This document shows positions 41,398 to 53,009 of a DNA stretch of 64,000 nucleotides, in pieces. A program made the position numbers and the translations under genes. Source of the DNA: an uncultured Acidobacteriota bacterium (GTDB lineage Bacteria; Acidobacteriota; Blastocatellia; RBC074); contig CAWCKY010000006.1 in assembly GCA_963796275.1 (NCBI GenBank), positions 1,792,001 to 1,856,000 on the forward strand. Reading direction: 5' to 3'. The notes beneath the pieces were generated by a model that saw nothing but the letters and a program-made list of their open reading frames with translations, ran no database searches and was not told the DNA's origin. Position 1 is the first letter of the stretch; every line of letters starts with the position of its first letter.

Positions 41398-44300
41398 TCA
41401 AAAAGTAAACCTCACCCTAAACTGCACCTGCCTTGGAACAGTCGTCGTACTCGTCGTCCTCCCAAAGCTGGTCGCCGTAATACTGACAGGTGTTACCCCA
41501 AACGTTCCCCCGGTCGGCACTTCGAAGATCGGGTGATTGAAGGCATTGACCATCTCCGCTCTGATCTCCATTCTTACCCTCTCTTTAACTAACGGCATTG
41601 CTTTAGCCAACGACAGGTCGGCAGTAACAAATTTCGGGCTATAAAGATAAACAAACGCTCCGAACTGCCCAGCACTCTCGGCCGGTGAGAGAAAACTGCT
41701 ATCAGCCTGTCCATTGTCACCCGTCAGCTTCGGATCAATGAAATAGACATCCGGCCCTGACTTGAACACACCGACCATTTTCTGTAGATCAGATGCCGTC
41801 AACCCATTCAGTACCACGCCCGAGTCCGATTGGTTGACCGTCATGCGGCCGCTGCTCAGTTTGAACGGTAGGCCGGATTGCATGCGGAAGATCGTCCCGA
41901 CCGTCCAACCGCCGAGCACGCCATTGAGAACAGGGTTTTTCATCGAGAACTTGCGGCTTTGCCCCACCGGCAGATCATAAGTGCCGTAAGCCTGGAATAC
42001 GTGCCTGATGTCGAAGGTCGAAGGCCCATAGTCTAATCGCCGATTCCGAAGCGTGGCGAAGTTACCGATGTTATCCACGTTCTTGTTATAGCGGTCATTC
42101 ATCGCGTGGGCATATGTATAGTTCATGTTCATCGTCAGCCCGTGCGTAATCCGCTGGCGAAACTCGATCTGAAGCCCATTGTAGTTGGACGAGGAGTTAT
42201 CGCTCAGAACATTGGCCGTTCCCAGGAACGGGTTGAGCCGGAAAAGGTTGATCGGATACTGACCGGGAGTATTGAACCCGAGATTGGCGCAGGGACCGAA
42301 CCCATTGCCAACCAGTTTGCAGAAATAGGTCGAGGTCGAGGCGAAGGTGTTTGCTAACGCTCCTGCCTGCCCAGTCCGAAGCAGATTGATAAATGTACCG
42401 TTTGCAAAACCCAGGTTCGGGGCCACGCCCTCGAAGGCCGCAGCGAAGATCGGCGTCGCCGCTTGACCCGGATATCCATTATTGGCGAAGCCGGTTATTC
42501 CATTCGCTGTATTGATCGCCAGATTACTTTGGGCATCCTGGAACTGCTTAAGGAAACCATTCTCGAATATATTTACTTCGTTGATATTGTACGTACGCCA
42601 CAATCTCACGCCGCGGTTGCCCGCGTATCGAACCTCAAGCACGCTCCCTTGCCCGAATTCGCGTTGAATACTGGCCGACCACGTTTGCACGTAGGGCGCC
42701 CTGATCTTCGGATCGATTGTGGAGATGGTAGTGTTAGTAGTGAAGGCGAAATTCGACAGCGCCAGCGGAGAACCGAAACTGCCGGGGGATAGATTGAATA
42801 AGGGCAGCGGATCGCCCAGACTTAATGTACCAGCGGCAAAGTCGACGCCGGGAACCAGATTGCCGGTCTGTCGCAGCCCCGGATTATTGCCCGCGTTGTT
42901 GGTGAAGTTGAGCATGCCTTCGGAGTAATAGCTGATCGAATAACCGCCCCTGAAGACCGTCTTGCGGTCGCCGAACAACCTTCCCCTCAGACCATTCTGA
43001 AAGCTCGGGTTCCACGCTATTCCGAGATGCGGTCCGGGATTGATGAAATCACGGCTGTACGCATGCGAACGCTGCTGAATGTTGGGATTGGCGATCCCAG
43101 GCAACGAACCCGGATTGAAGAGATTGGGCGAGTTGTCGTCACCGCCCAATGCAGAGCCCGAAGGCCCGAAGAGGTCCAGCAATGTCGGACTGGTATAGAT
43201 GTCGTTGGTGTTAAAGCTATCACCCTGGAAATCCCAGCGCAGGCCATAATTGAGCGTCAGCGAGCGATTGAAGCGCCACGAGTCCTGAAAATAGAGCCCG
43301 AAGGATGTCTGTCTCTCGCGTCTGGTGAAAGGTTGATCGACGGCGTACTGCTTGGACTTCTCATCCACGTTGACGGATTTGGCCACGTTCGAGATGCGCC
43401 CCGTCAGCAGCGCATAGAGGGCCAGGGCGTCGTTGCGCGCATCGGGGGGAATATTGGGAAGCGCGCTGTTATCGAAGATATCGTCGACCGGATCGCCGCC
43501 AATGACTCCGAAAGTGTAGCGCGGGATGCCGGCATCGCCGAGAGTACCGACATTTACGCGGGAGCGGATGTAATTGCCGCCGAAACTGAACGAGTGGTTA
43601 CCGCGCTGGTAATAGAAATTGTTCGCCAGGTTATAGACCGGATTGTTCCGCGGCTGGAACGTGGTCTCAAAGCCCGCGTTATTCATCGCTTCCAGTCCGC
43701 TCGCCAGCGTCAGCGGGAAATTCAACAGACTGGGTTGGTAGAGGCTCCGGTCATATCCGATATTGAATATCTCCTGGGTACCCTGGATGCCGAAATTGAA
43801 CTCGTTGATCATGTTCGGTCGAAGAGTCCAGGTGGCGCTGGCGTTGGTGATGTAGGGGTTGGAGATTTGCCCAACCGATTGCTCCGTGGAGAAAGTGCCC
43901 GGCAGGACCGTTCCCCGAAACCCACGGTCGGTCACGTTCCGGTTATAAAAGTCGGAGACGCTCAGGCGTAACTTCTCCGTCACCTGATAATCGATGCGCG
44001 CCACCGGGAATTGATTGGTGACGGGAGACGGCGCCACCCACCGCACTCTGTTCCGAAACAAGTCCAACGGCGAGACCGCCCCGGCCGAAGTCGATGATTG
44101 AATCTTCTGCAGCTGTGCGGCAATGATCGGATTGACCGTGCCCGGGAACCCCCTCTCCTGCGCCTTATCGAGCAGGTTTTCCGTATGCTGGATGCCATCG
44201 CTTCCGACATAGGTGAAGAAGCCCATCTGGGCAGCGGGGGTCAATACACGAGCTTCGAATTCTTGCGACTGAGGGGTCTTCACATGGGCATAACTCACAA

Positions 44301-45210
44301 AGAAGAAAAGTTTGTCCCTGATGATCGGCCCGCCGATCGCACCGCCCTGGTCGTTGCGAATGAAGACGGGCCGGCGGATATTGCGGGCATTGTTGAACCA
44401 GTTATTCGCCTTGAGCGCCGAGTTTTCATGCTGCCAGAAGACTTCGCCGTGAAAGGCGTTGGTTCCAGACTTGATGACGTACTGGATCTGTATGGCACCC
44501 TGTCCCGTGCTGTTGGCGCCGAGATTCGAGGTTGCAACAGTGACCTCCTGCACGGCCTCCAGCCTGGGTGTGACGAAGGCAAAGAAGCTTGTGCCGCCGC
44601 TCTTGAACCGCTGGGAGTTGTTAGCGATGCCGTTGAGGGTGATATTGATCGCGCCCCCGGGTAAGCCGTTAAAGGTGCTGTCGCGTGAGTTGGTTCCTTG
44701 CTGGGCGCCGGCCTGCAGCAGCGCGAAGGGCAGGGTATCGCGGCCAGTCAGTGGCAGGTCCTGCAGATACTTCTGATCCACCGTGTCCGAGATGGTGGTC
44801 GTCGTCGTATGCAATACCTGGGCTCCGCCCTGGACCTCTACGACCTGGTTGACGGCCCCGACTTTCAGGGTAACCGTCTGATTGCTGGTACGCGCCGCAT
44901 AGACGATCAGGCCTTTGTAAGAAGTAACTTCAAAACCCTGCTTCGTGACGGTCAGGGTATAACTCCCCGGTAAGACGGTTGGAAAGACAAAACCGCCTTC
45001 AGTGCTAGCGGTCGCAGTCTGGATGGCCTTGGTCTCCTCGTTTTGTAACTGCACCTCGGCTCCGGGGATAACTGCGCCCGACTGATCCTGCACAGTACCG
45101 ACTATCTGCCCGGTCGTAGCAATCTGGGCAACCGTCGATGAAACAGCGCCCAGAGCGAATATCAGGGCGATAGCCGGCATTACAACTGCGATCGGTCTTG
45201 TTCTCGTCAT
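41398..45210 (-). CDS. TonB-dependent receptor with carboxypeptidase-regulatory N-domain
   Basis: GGAGG RBS before ATG 45210, signal peptide, GTVQDQSGAVIPGA, LPLTGR, terminal RQVQFRVRFTF. Confidence 0.9.
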   Translation of the reverse strand: MTRTRPIAVVMPAIALIFALGAVSSTVAQIATTGQIVGTVQDQSGAVIPGAEVQLQNEETKAIQTATASTEGGFVFPTVLPGSYTLTVTKQGFEVTSYKGLIVYAARTSNQTVTLKVGAVNQVVEVQGGAQVLHTTTTTISDTVDQKYLQDLPLTGRDTLPFALLQAGAQQGTNSRDSTFNGLPGGAINITLNGIANNSQRFKSGGTSFFAFVTPRLEAVQEVTVATSNLGANSTGQGAIQIQYVIKSGTNAFHGEVFWQHENSALKANNWFNNARNIRRPVFIRNDQGGAIGGPIIRDKLFFFVSYAHVKTPQSQEFEARVLTPAAQMGFFTYVGSDGIQHTENLLDKAQERGFPGTVNPIIAAQLQKIQSSTSAGAVSPLDLFRNRVRWVAPSPVTNQFPVARIDYQVTEKLRLSVSDFYNRNVTDRGFRGTVLPGTFSTEQSVGQISNPYITNASATWTLRPNMINEFNFGIQGTQEIFNIGYDRSLYQPSLLNFPLTLASGLEAMNNAGFETTFQPRNNPVYNLANNFYYQRGNHSFSFGGNYIRSRVNVGTLGDAGIPRYTFGVIGGDPVDDIFDNSALPNIPPDARNDALALYALLTGRISNVAKSVNVDEKSKQYAVDQPFTRRERQTSFGLYFQDSWRFNRSLTLNYGLRWDFQGDSFNTNDIYTSPTLLDLFGPSGSALGGDDNSPNLFNPGSLPGIANPNIQQRSHAYSRDFINPGPHLGIAWNPSFQNGLRGRLFGDRKTVFRGGYSISYYSEGMLNFTNNAGNNPGLRQTGNLVPGVDFAAGTLSLGDPLPLFNLSPGSFGSPLALSNFAFTTNTTISTIDPKIRAPYVQTWSASIQREFGQGSVLEVRYAGNRGVRLWRTYNINEVNIFENGFLKQFQDAQSNLAINTANGITGFANNGYPGQAATPIFAAAFEGVAPNLGFANGTFINLLRTGQAGALANTFASTSTYFCKLVGNGFGPCANLGFNTPGQYPINLFRLNPFLGTANVLSDNSSSNYNGLQIEFRQRITHGLTMNMNYTYAHAMNDRYNKNVDNIGNFATLRNRRLDYGPSTFDIRHVFQAYGTYDLPVGQSRKFSMKNPVLNGVLGGWTVGTIFRMQSGLPFKLSSGRMTVNQSDSGVVLNGLTASDLQKMVGVFKSGPDVYFIDPKLTGDNGQADSSFLSPAESAGQFGAFVYLYSPKFVTADLSLAKAMPLVKERVRMEIRAEMVNAFNHPIFEVPTGGTFGVTPVSITATSFGRTTSTTTVPRQVQFRVRFTF

Positions 45211-45224
45211 GCGAGTCCTCCACG

Positions 45225-46298
45225 CTACTCTTTCGATTCGTCCAATAATGCAGCGAGATGCTGCTTCCACAAGGCAGGCATGGTATGCGTGCCGTGTCCG
45301 CGCGTCTGGTCGCTGATCGGTATCAGGATGAAGCGCCCGCGTTTTACCCGCTTGATCTCCCGTTCTGCGATGCCCAGCTCGGGCGGGTTGACCTGGTCAT
45401 CGGCTGAGTTAATGGCCACCAGCGGAGCCTTGATGCTCTCGAGCTTCGGCGCCGGGTTGTAATCGCGCGAGGCATCGAACTGGTAGATCATATCGTTGGC
45501 ATCCCTGTTGTTGAGCGAAGCGCGCACCCGGCTGTCGAACTGCTGGTCGGCCTCATCGCGCGTTGGCGCCTGCTTCTGCATTTGCAGCGGGCTGCTGGAC
45601 ATAAATGTCATGGCGTAAATGGCAGAGGTCAAACCGCGCACTGGCTGCGTCTTGTATTCTCCTTTATTCCACTCCGGATCGTTTTTGATTGAGTCCATGA
45701 CCATCCGGCGAATCATCCGGTTGCGGCCCGCGATCTGGACTGGGAGGCTGGCAAGCGGCATCAGCGCATCCATAAAGTCGGGATACTTCTCGCCCCAGAC
45801 CCAGGTATGCATCCCGCCCATCGAGGTCCCCATAACCAGCCGCAGATGTTTCACGCCCAGGTGTTCGGTCAGCAGCCGGTAATGCGCCGTGACCATGTCG
45901 TTGTAGTTATAGCGCGGAAAGCGCATCCGCATTCCATCGCTCGGCTTCGATGACTGGCCGTGCCCGATGCCGTCCGGCAGAATGATGTAATGCTTCGTCG
46001 CATCCAACAGTTGTCCGGGGCCGTAGAGCACGTCGGCAAATTGCCGTGAGAGGAATTGCGCGCCCGAGCCGGTTGTGCCGTGCAGAATCAGCACAGCGTT
46101 GCGCACCTCGCCCGCCGCGTCTTTGCTCGGGCTCCCGATCGTGCGGTAGTGCAGTTTCATCTCGGGCAGCGTCTCACCGCTTTCAAAACGGAAGTCCCGG
46201 ATCGTAAAGTCGCCTTCGACGGGAACGGGCGATTGTTGCGCCATCGCGGACATTCGGATGCAGACCAGAACGACCGCCAGTAGAATTGCTTTCTTCAT
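45225..46298 (-). CDS. Secreted alpha/beta hydrolase, homoserine-O-acetyltransferase-like fold
   Basis: Signal peptide; FRFESGETL, LHGT, GTSMGG, SADD, GHGTH. Confidence 0.82.
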   Translation of the reverse strand: MKKAILLAVVLVCIRMSAMAQQSPVPVEGDFTIRDFRFESGETLPEMKLHYRTIGSPSKDAAGEVRNAVLILHGTTGSGAQFLSRQFADVLYGPGQLLDATKHYIILPDGIGHGQSSKPSDGMRMRFPRYNYNDMVTAHYRLLTEHLGVKHLRLVMGTSMGGMHTWVWGEKYPDFMDALMPLASLPVQIAGRNRMIRRMVMDSIKNDPEWNKGEYKTQPVRGLTSAIYAMTFMSSSPLQMQKQAPTRDEADQQFDSRVRASLNNRDANDMIYQFDASRDYNPAPKLESIKAPLVAINSADDQVNPPELGIAEREIKRVKRGRFILIPISDQTRGHGTHTMPALWKQHLAALLDESKE

Positions 46299-46324
46299 CG
46301 AATCTCCATAAAAATTGACAGGAT

Positions 46325-46834
46325 TTATGCAGCGGGTATCGGCGTTGCCATTTGCGAGACTGCCCGCCATTTGCCTTGCCGGCGGGCATAGACGCGAATA
46401 TATCTGACGTTGTTCGGAACGTCGCGACCTCCTTCCAGTCTGAAACCGGAAGAACGCGCTGCCAGCACTGCTGTGTCGCCGTAGAGATGAACCTTCACTT
46501 CGCTTATGACGAGGTTCTTATAGCGCCGCGCGCCGGAGCGATACGAGGCCATGACATCATCCTTGGTCAATTCCACACCGGATGCCTGTACCGCCACATA
46601 ATCGTCGGCAACCAGCCGGTCATAAGCAGCCAGGTCAACGGCAGAGATCGCGGTGATGAGCTGGCGTTCGAGCTGCTCCACTTCCTTGGCTGCATCTGCT
46701 GACGGAGCGCTCGCAGACGCGCCGGTAGGCAGCGCGCATGTCGCGGCGATACCCAAACATGTTGCGGCGATGCCAAAAGAAGCCGTGAATTCTCGCCGGT
46801 TCGGCGGATTTAATCTCTCGGACATATCGGACAT
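46325..46834 (-). CDS. NTF2-like (DUF4440) protein with Tat-like signal
   Basis: NRREFTA signal; LVADDY, VHLYGDTAV, RVYARRQGKWRAV. Confidence 0.8.
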   Translation of the reverse strand: MSDMSERLNPPNRREFTASFGIAATCLGIAATCALPTGASASAPSADAAKEVEQLERQLITAISAVDLAAYDRLVADDYVAVQASGVELTKDDVMASYRSGARRYKNLVISEVKVHLYGDTAVLAARSSGFRLEGGRDVPNNVRYIRVYARRQGKWRAVSQMATPIPAA

Positions 46835-47548
46835 AAGAGAAATCTCCGGTCAGAAATAAATCATTATTTTTGAGCGACTGTTCTTGTGTGTTAACGCCGT
46901 TTTTATCTTAATTCGCCTCGACTTGCTTGAGGCCGGCGCTGGTGATGATCAATGTTTAAGTGCTGTTGATTTGACAAGCGTGGGCACGCCACTGATGACT
47001 TCCTAAGGGGATCACTTGACGGCGTTGCAGGTCTTGTATGCTTTTAAGATTGCTTGAATCGGTTTAAGGGACGCCTGGCCATCCCACCTGGTCTAATCCG
47101 CCGCTTCCGAAATAATAAAATATTTTTCTACCGGGTGTCGATCCTGAAGCCCGCCGTTCGTCTTATTGTCGAAGGAGAATGGAAATGTTACGTAAAAACA
47201 AGAACTTAGTGAAATATGAAGGCGGAAAGGCCTTCGGCGGCGGGGGATTCTCGCGCGACTCGCGCGAAGCTACCACGAGGCTCCTTGACGGCCATTCGAG
47301 TGAAAAGCGGGCTACCGCAGGTGATACGGCCAGGAAACCACAAATCGGCGCGGGCGTAAACAGAAATCAATCCGACGTTGTGGTTCGGAAGGTTCGTAGT
47401 TCCGATAAGCGCTCAAATGGCGATGGCATGAGTGCCGGGCGATGGCGAGATACATGGTGAAGAAGGGTGTCTAAACCTCATCCTGTCACTAAAAATATGG
47501 GTTTTCATTCAATTTCTTGATCGCATTTAATCAACATCTACCGTATAC

Positions 47549-50500
47549 CTACACCAGCAAATGCTCCTTGAGAAACCGTCCCGTGTGCGAACTCTTGCAC
47601 GCGGCGATCTCTTCCGGGGTACCGGTCACTACCACTTCGCCACCTGCGTGTCCGCCCTCCGGTCCCAGGTCGATCACGTGATCGGCAGTCTTGATCACGT
47701 CAAGGTGATGCTCGATCAATAACACTGTATGTCCGGCGTCCACGAGCCGGTTCAATGACTCCAGCAACCGCTCAATGTCCGCCAGATGCAGTCCAGTTGT
47801 CGGCTCGTCGAGGATATAGACCGTATGCTTCGCCCGTTGCAGCTTGCTCAATTCCGTCGCGATTTTGATCCTCTGGGCTTCGCCGCCGGAGAGAGTCGTC
47901 GCGGATTGACCGAGAGTCAGATAACCCAGCCCCAGATGGTTCAGCACCTCGATCTTTTTCCCCACTGCCGGCTCGCCCGCGAAGAATTTCACGCCCTCCT
48001 CAACCGACATGTTCAACACGTCGTCGATGGTCTTCCCGCGTAACGTCACCTCGAGCGTTTCGCTGTTGAACCGCGCGCCCTTGCACGCGCCGCAGGTCAC
48101 CTCCACATCCGGCATGAAGTAGAGCTGCGTGGTTATCGCGCCCTCTCCCTGGCACTCCTCGCACCGGCCGCCTTTGACGTTAAAGCTGAAACGCCCAGGT
48201 TTATAGGATCGCTCAACCGACAGCGGCGCCTGTGTGAAGAGGTCGCGGATCGTGTCATAAAATCCGATGTAGGTAGCTGGGTTCGACCGGCTGTTCCGCC
48301 CGATCGGCGACTGGTCTATGTTAACGACTTTATGCACGTGCTCGACCCCATCCACTCCGTCGTGATCGCCCGGCAGCGTGCGCGTATCCACCAGCCGCTT
48401 CCATAGGGCTTTGTATAGTATTTCGTTCACCAGGGTGCTCTTCCCTGAACCGGAGGCGCCAGTGATCGCGATGAGTATGCCGAGCGGAAATGTCACATCG
48501 ACCGCTTTCAGATTGTTCTCCCGCGCACCACGCACCACGAGCGATTTGTCGTTGCCATTACGCCGTTGCTTCGGCATCGCGATCGAACGTTTGCCAGAGA
48601 GGAACTGTCCCGTCGGCGAGGCATCGCAAGCGAGCAGGTCGTCGAGCCGCCCCTGCACGACCACCTGGCCGCCATGGACTCCCGGCCCGGGACCCATCTC
48701 CACAATATGGTCGGCTGCGCGAATCGTAGTTTCATCGTGCTCCACCACGATTACCGTGTTGCCGATATCGCGCAGACTCTCCAGCGTCGCGATCATCTTC
48801 ACATTATCCTTAGGATGAAGGCCGATGCTCGGCTCGTCGAGCACGTATAGCATTCCCATCAGCCCCGACCCGATTTGCGTCGACAACCTGATCCGCTGCG
48901 ACTCCCCTCCCGAAAGCGTGCCGGAGCGGCGGTTGAAGTTCAGATAGTCCAATCCGATCCCCAATAATAATCGCAGACGCCCCAGTATCTCATCGAGCAC
49001 CTGACGGCCTGCGCCGGCGCCGCGGCCGGATGGCTTGATCGTGCCGAGAAATGCGTACAGCTCGTCGAAATTGAGCTCGCCGACCTCGTGGATGTTCTTG
49101 CCCGCAATAGTGAACAATAACCTGGTCGCGCGGATCCGCGCGCCATTGCAGTCGGGGCAGGTATGCTCCACCATCACTTTTTCGAGCCAGGCTTCCATTC
49201 CGGAGCTCGCTTCACCTCGCTGCCGATAACGGCGGTAATGTCGTTCGATTCGACGCGCTATTCCGCCGAAGCCGACCTCCTTTCCATCCCAGTCGTCGCG
49301 CTTCACCTTGGCCTCGGGCGGCGTGGCAGTCGGGATTTTCTTCTCGACGCCGTAAAGTATCGCGTTGCGCCCCGATTCGGGCAGTTTCTCCCACGGAGAT
49401 TCGATTGAAAATCCCAGGTACTTCGCCAGGCTGTACATCATTCGCCCATCCCACGTATCAGGGTTGTATTTGAACGCCTCACGTACGAAACATCCGCCCG
49501 CGATGCTCCTCCGCGGATCGGGGATGAGCAGTTCCGGATGCGTGAGCTTGTCCACACCGAGGCCGCCGCAAGTCCGACAGGCGCTCTCAGGGTTGTTGAA
49601 CATGAAGAACTCGGGCGCGATATCACCGTAAATGAAATGATGGGTTGGGCTGCACAGCCCGAGGTAAAAACGCTCCGTCTCCTCCTTGCCCCCTGCCTTT
49701 TGCTTCTGCCCTGTTTTCTGGATGATGTGAACCTGCAGCAATCCATCGCCTATCAAAAGTGTGTTGGCGATTCCCGCTTTGATCGCCTTCTCGTGCTTTC
49801 GGCTGACCACAAATCGGTCGACCAATGCGTCTATATCCCGGACCTTCTGCTGGGCGAACTCGACTTCGACGGAAATGTCCACCGGCTTGCCGTCGATGAT
49901 GAGTCTGCGGCAACCCTTCTTCCGAATTTCGGTGAACACGAACTCCAGATCTTCGCCGTAAACCTTGAATACAGGCGCGCGCAGTTCAATCTCCGTGCCC
50001 TCGGGGAGAGAAAGGATTGCCTCGAGTATCTGACTCGATGTTCGAGTCGGCGTCGGTTCGCCGGTTCGCGGGCAATGCGGTTGGGCGATAGTTGCGAACA
50101 GGAGATTAAGGTAGCTGGCGATATCGGTCATCGTGCCGACTGTCGAGCGCGGATTGTTTACGATCGTCTTCTGCTCGATCGAGATAACCGGGGATAGGCC
50201 GAACACGAAGTCCACGTCGGGTTTCGTCACCTGAGCGACGAATCTCTTGGCGAAACTCGAAAGCGACTCCATGTAGCGCCGCTGCCCCTCGGCATAGATC
50301 GTATCGAACGCCAGGCTCGACTTGCCCGAGCCCGAGAGCCCGGTGACGACGATGAGGCGGTCCCGCGGTATCTCCAGCGAGATGTTCTTGAGGTTATGCA
50401 CGCGCGCACCCTGCACCGCGACCGTCGTGCGGGCGACACCTCTTGTGGATTTGGGCGCGCCGCTGTTCCCATTCGGTCCTCTCTGTTTGGAAAGTGAGGC

Positions 50501-50551
50501 AGCGGCGGGCGCTTTCTTACCGTTCCGTTTCCCCGTCGTCTTGGAAGCCAT
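47549..50551 (-). CDS. uvrA: UvrA-family ABC ATPase (probably an accessory paralog)
   Basis: [48 protein letters not shown]; first Zn site atypical (CPRTG). Confidence 0.9.
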   Translation of the reverse strand: MASKTTGKRNGKKAPAAASLSKQRGPNGNSGAPKSTRGVARTTVAVQGARVHNLKNISLEIPRDRLIVVTGLSGSGKSSLAFDTIYAEGQRRYMESLSSFAKRFVAQVTKPDVDFVFGLSPVISIEQKTIVNNPRSTVGTMTDIASYLNLLFATIAQPHCPRTGEPTPTRTSSQILEAILSLPEGTEIELRAPVFKVYGEDLEFVFTEIRKKGCRRLIIDGKPVDISVEVEFAQQKVRDIDALVDRFVVSRKHEKAIKAGIANTLLIGDGLLQVHIIQKTGQKQKAGGKEETERFYLGLCSPTHHFIYGDIAPEFFMFNNPESACRTCGGLGVDKLTHPELLIPDPRRSIAGGCFVREAFKYNPDTWDGRMMYSLAKYLGFSIESPWEKLPESGRNAILYGVEKKIPTATPPEAKVKRDDWDGKEVGFGGIARRIERHYRRYRQRGEASSGMEAWLEKVMVEHTCPDCNGARIRATRLLFTIAGKNIHEVGELNFDELYAFLGTIKPSGRGAGAGRQVLDEILGRLRLLLGIGLDYLNFNRRSGTLSGGESQRIRLSTQIGSGLMGMLYVLDEPSIGLHPKDNVKMIATLESLRDIGNTVIVVEHDETTIRAADHIVEMGPGPGVHGGQVVVQGRLDDLLACDASPTGQFLSGKRSIAMPKQRRNGNDKSLVVRGARENNLKAVDVTFPLGILIAITGASGSGKSTLVNEILYKALWKRLVDTRTLPGDHDGVDGVEHVHKVVNIDQSPIGRNSRSNPATYIGFYDTIRDLFTQAPLSVERSYKPGRFSFNVKGGRCEECQGEGAITTQLYFMPDVEVTCGACKGARFNSETLEVTLRGKTIDDVLNMSVEEGVKFFAGEPAVGKKIEVLNHLGLGYLTLGQSATTLSGGEAQRIKIATELSKLQRAKHTVYILDEPTTGLHLADIERLLESLNRLVDAGHTVLLIEHHLDVIKTADHVIDLGPEGGHAGGEVVVTGTPEEIAACKSSHTGRFLKEHLLV

Positions 50552-50834
50552 ACTGCAGTTTCCTTATGTAATCGAGGCGAGTGTGCAATTTGCAGCGGTA
50601 TTCAGATGAGTACGCATATCTTGGGATAGCGGAGCCTAGTAGTGCGGTACCAAGCTTGCAACCGCTTTGGTAGTCAATTGCTTCACTCATTGCTTACGAG
50701 ACAACCGGGCAATTCCTCAAATAACGGTTGTCTGGAAGGCCGTGGTGAGAGTTTCAGCAAAATCCCGGATCACGGAATATCTCTACCTAAACGGTAGCAA
50801 GCGATACTACTGTCAAACTCCGCGATATCTTACG

Positions 50835-51025
50835 GCCCCGAAGGGGCATTGGAAAATAGCCGGTGGTGGAGCGCAGCGTAACCACCGGTAGCGTACCGGA
50901 ATGAGTTGCGCCCTGAAAGGGCGCAGGATTCCAGCGTCCCTCCGGGACGCGAAAATCTCATTGATCTGTTCCGGTGGTTACGCTGCGCTCCACCACCGGC
51001 TACATTCCGCCGCGCCTCCGGCGCC
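50835..51025. repeat. REP-like palindromic element (inverted doublet)
   Basis: Perfect 32-bp inverted repeat 50857-50888 / 50971-51002 with short hairpins GCCCCGAAGGGGC, GCGCCCTGAAAGGGCGC, GCGTCCCTCCGGGACGC and GCGCCTCCGGCGC. Confidence 0.8.
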
Positions 51026-51161
51026 GGAGAGTTCGCCAGCAGTATCCCAAGCTACCGAACTCCAAAAAGCTCTGCATTCCTCAAACCTGCATACTCATCT
51101 GAAACCGCGGTAAGATCGATTTCCGGATAGTTATGGTTGATTCCTTATGCCGAACGAATCA

Positions 51162-53009
51162 TCAGCGATATCCGGCTGCCTGTAATTCGAAGAGTTGTGC
51201 ATATCGGCCGTCAGCCGCAAGCAATTCTTCGTGCGTGCCCAATTCCGTTATCCGCCCATCGGCGATGACTGCGATACGGTCAGCGATGCGCACGGTCGAG
51301 AATCGGTGCGAGATCACAATGCCGATACGTCCTCTGAGATTCTCCTTCAATTCGGCGAAGATTCCCGCCTCCGCCTCGGGATCGAGCGAGGATGTCGGTT
51401 CGTCCAGAATCCAGATGTCAGCGTCCCGGTACATAATCCGCGCCAGCGCGAGGCGCTGCCATTCACCCCCCGAGAGGTCGTGCCCCCCTTCGAAGAGCCG
51501 CCCCACCTTGGAATCGAGACCTTTCGGCATCTTCTTCACCAGCCACTCGCTGCGAGAATCCTTCAGCGCTTCCAACACTCGCTCATCGTCGATATCGATG
51601 TCCGGGCGGCCCATTACGACGTTATCCCTGACGGTCAGCTCATAACTCGCATAGTCCTGAAATAGCACGCCGATACGGCTGCGCAGCGATTCGGGGTCCA
51701 TCTCCCTCACGTCAACGCCGCCTACGCGCAGCGAACCCTGATCGGCATCGTAAAAACGAAGCAGCAGTTTGATGAGGGTGCTCTTGCCGGCTCCGTTCTC
51801 GCCGACGAGCGCGATCAACTCGCCGCTGCGTATCTTCAAGCTCAACCCCGCAACAGCCGGTTCCGTCCCGCCGGGATAGGAGAAGGTGACATTTTCGAAC
51901 TCGATCCCATTGACGTGGAGGCTGGGTACCGAATGAGGGTTGGCGGGCACCGGGACCAGCGGCTCGATCGCCAGAAAAGAGAAGTAGTCGTCGAGGAACG
52001 TGGTGTGCTGATCGACGGCTACAAAGGTGCTCGAAATCTGGCCCAGTGTCCCTGAGACCGACGTGAATGCCCCGATTACCAGGACAACGCCCCCCGGATC
52101 GATCGTGCCGGCAACCCCCTCGACTGCGACGAAGACGTAGGCCAGTGCGAGAGCCGTACCGGTCACCAGCCCGGTCGCGAGCGAGATGCGCGTGGCCGAC
52201 CGGTACATCTGCTCCCTCAATTTGAAAAGATCTTCCGACAGTTTTCGATGTCTTCCGAGAAGATAGTCGGCAAGCACGTAGGCTCGTATTTCCTTGGTGG
52301 TGCGCGGCTGGGCCAGCAGGTCGCCCATATACTCGCGTTCCCGCTCTTCCGGAGTTTCCTTGTAGAAGAATTCGTAGAGACGCGAAGTGATGCGGCGTTC
52401 GAGGACGAGCGAAATGCCCGCCGCCGCCAGCGCCATGACCACCAGCAGATAGTGAAGGCTCGCCAGGAGAGTAGCCATCAGAAGGATCGTCACGATGTTA
52501 CCCGACAGCCCGAGGACCGACCACGTGAGATCGCCAGGTCTCCAGGAGACGTCCCGCTTGGCGCGCGCTAGACGATCGTGCCAGTTGGAGTTATCGAAAT
52601 GACCGATGTCTACCTTCGAGGCCTGGGCCAGCAAACGCCTCTCCGCTTCCAGCTGTACGCGACGAACGAAGAGGTTCCGGCCGTATCCCATATATGCGCC
52701 TATCGCTCGTTGCACTCCGATGACGAGCCACAGGCCGATCACGATGGGAAGCAGGTCCCTGAGATGAAGCGTTTGCACGCGGGCTTCAGCGATGCCGTTG
52801 ACGAGACTTGCACCCAGGAAGACCGCAATGGGCGGCGTCGTGGCGCTCACCATTCCCAGCAGCGAATAGCGGATAAGCAAACGCGGTGACGCGGCCCAGG
52901 CCAGAGCAAGCGCCTGCTTCAGGTTCTTCCTCACTCTGCGCGTGCGGCCTTTCGCTGTGGCGGCCTCGGGCGATAGCCCCTCCGCTTCTGTTTCCTTTCT
53001 CATAAACAC
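51162..53009 (-). CDS. ABC exporter, fused permease + ATPase
   Basis: TM domain, [30 protein letters not shown]. Confidence 0.92.
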   Translation of the reverse strand: MFMRKETEAEGLSPEAATAKGRTRRVRKNLKQALALAWAASPRLLIRYSLLGMVSATTPPIAVFLGASLVNGIAEARVQTLHLRDLLPIVIGLWLVIGVQRAIGAYMGYGRNLFVRRVQLEAERRLLAQASKVDIGHFDNSNWHDRLARAKRDVSWRPGDLTWSVLGLSGNIVTILLMATLLASLHYLLVVMALAAAGISLVLERRITSRLYEFFYKETPEEREREYMGDLLAQPRTTKEIRAYVLADYLLGRHRKLSEDLFKLREQMYRSATRISLATGLVTGTALALAYVFVAVEGVAGTIDPGGVVLVIGAFTSVSGTLGQISSTFVAVDQHTTFLDDYFSFLAIEPLVPVPANPHSVPSLHVNGIEFENVTFSYPGGTEPAVAGLSLKIRSGELIALVGENGAGKSTLIKLLLRFYDADQGSLRVGGVDVREMDPESLRSRIGVLFQDYASYELTVRDNVVMGRPDIDIDDERVLEALKDSRSEWLVKKMPKGLDSKVGRLFEGGHDLSGGEWQRLALARIMYRDADIWILDEPTSSLDPEAEAGIFAELKENLRGRIGIVISHRFSTVRIADRIAVIADGRITELGTHEELLAADGRYAQLFELQAAGYR

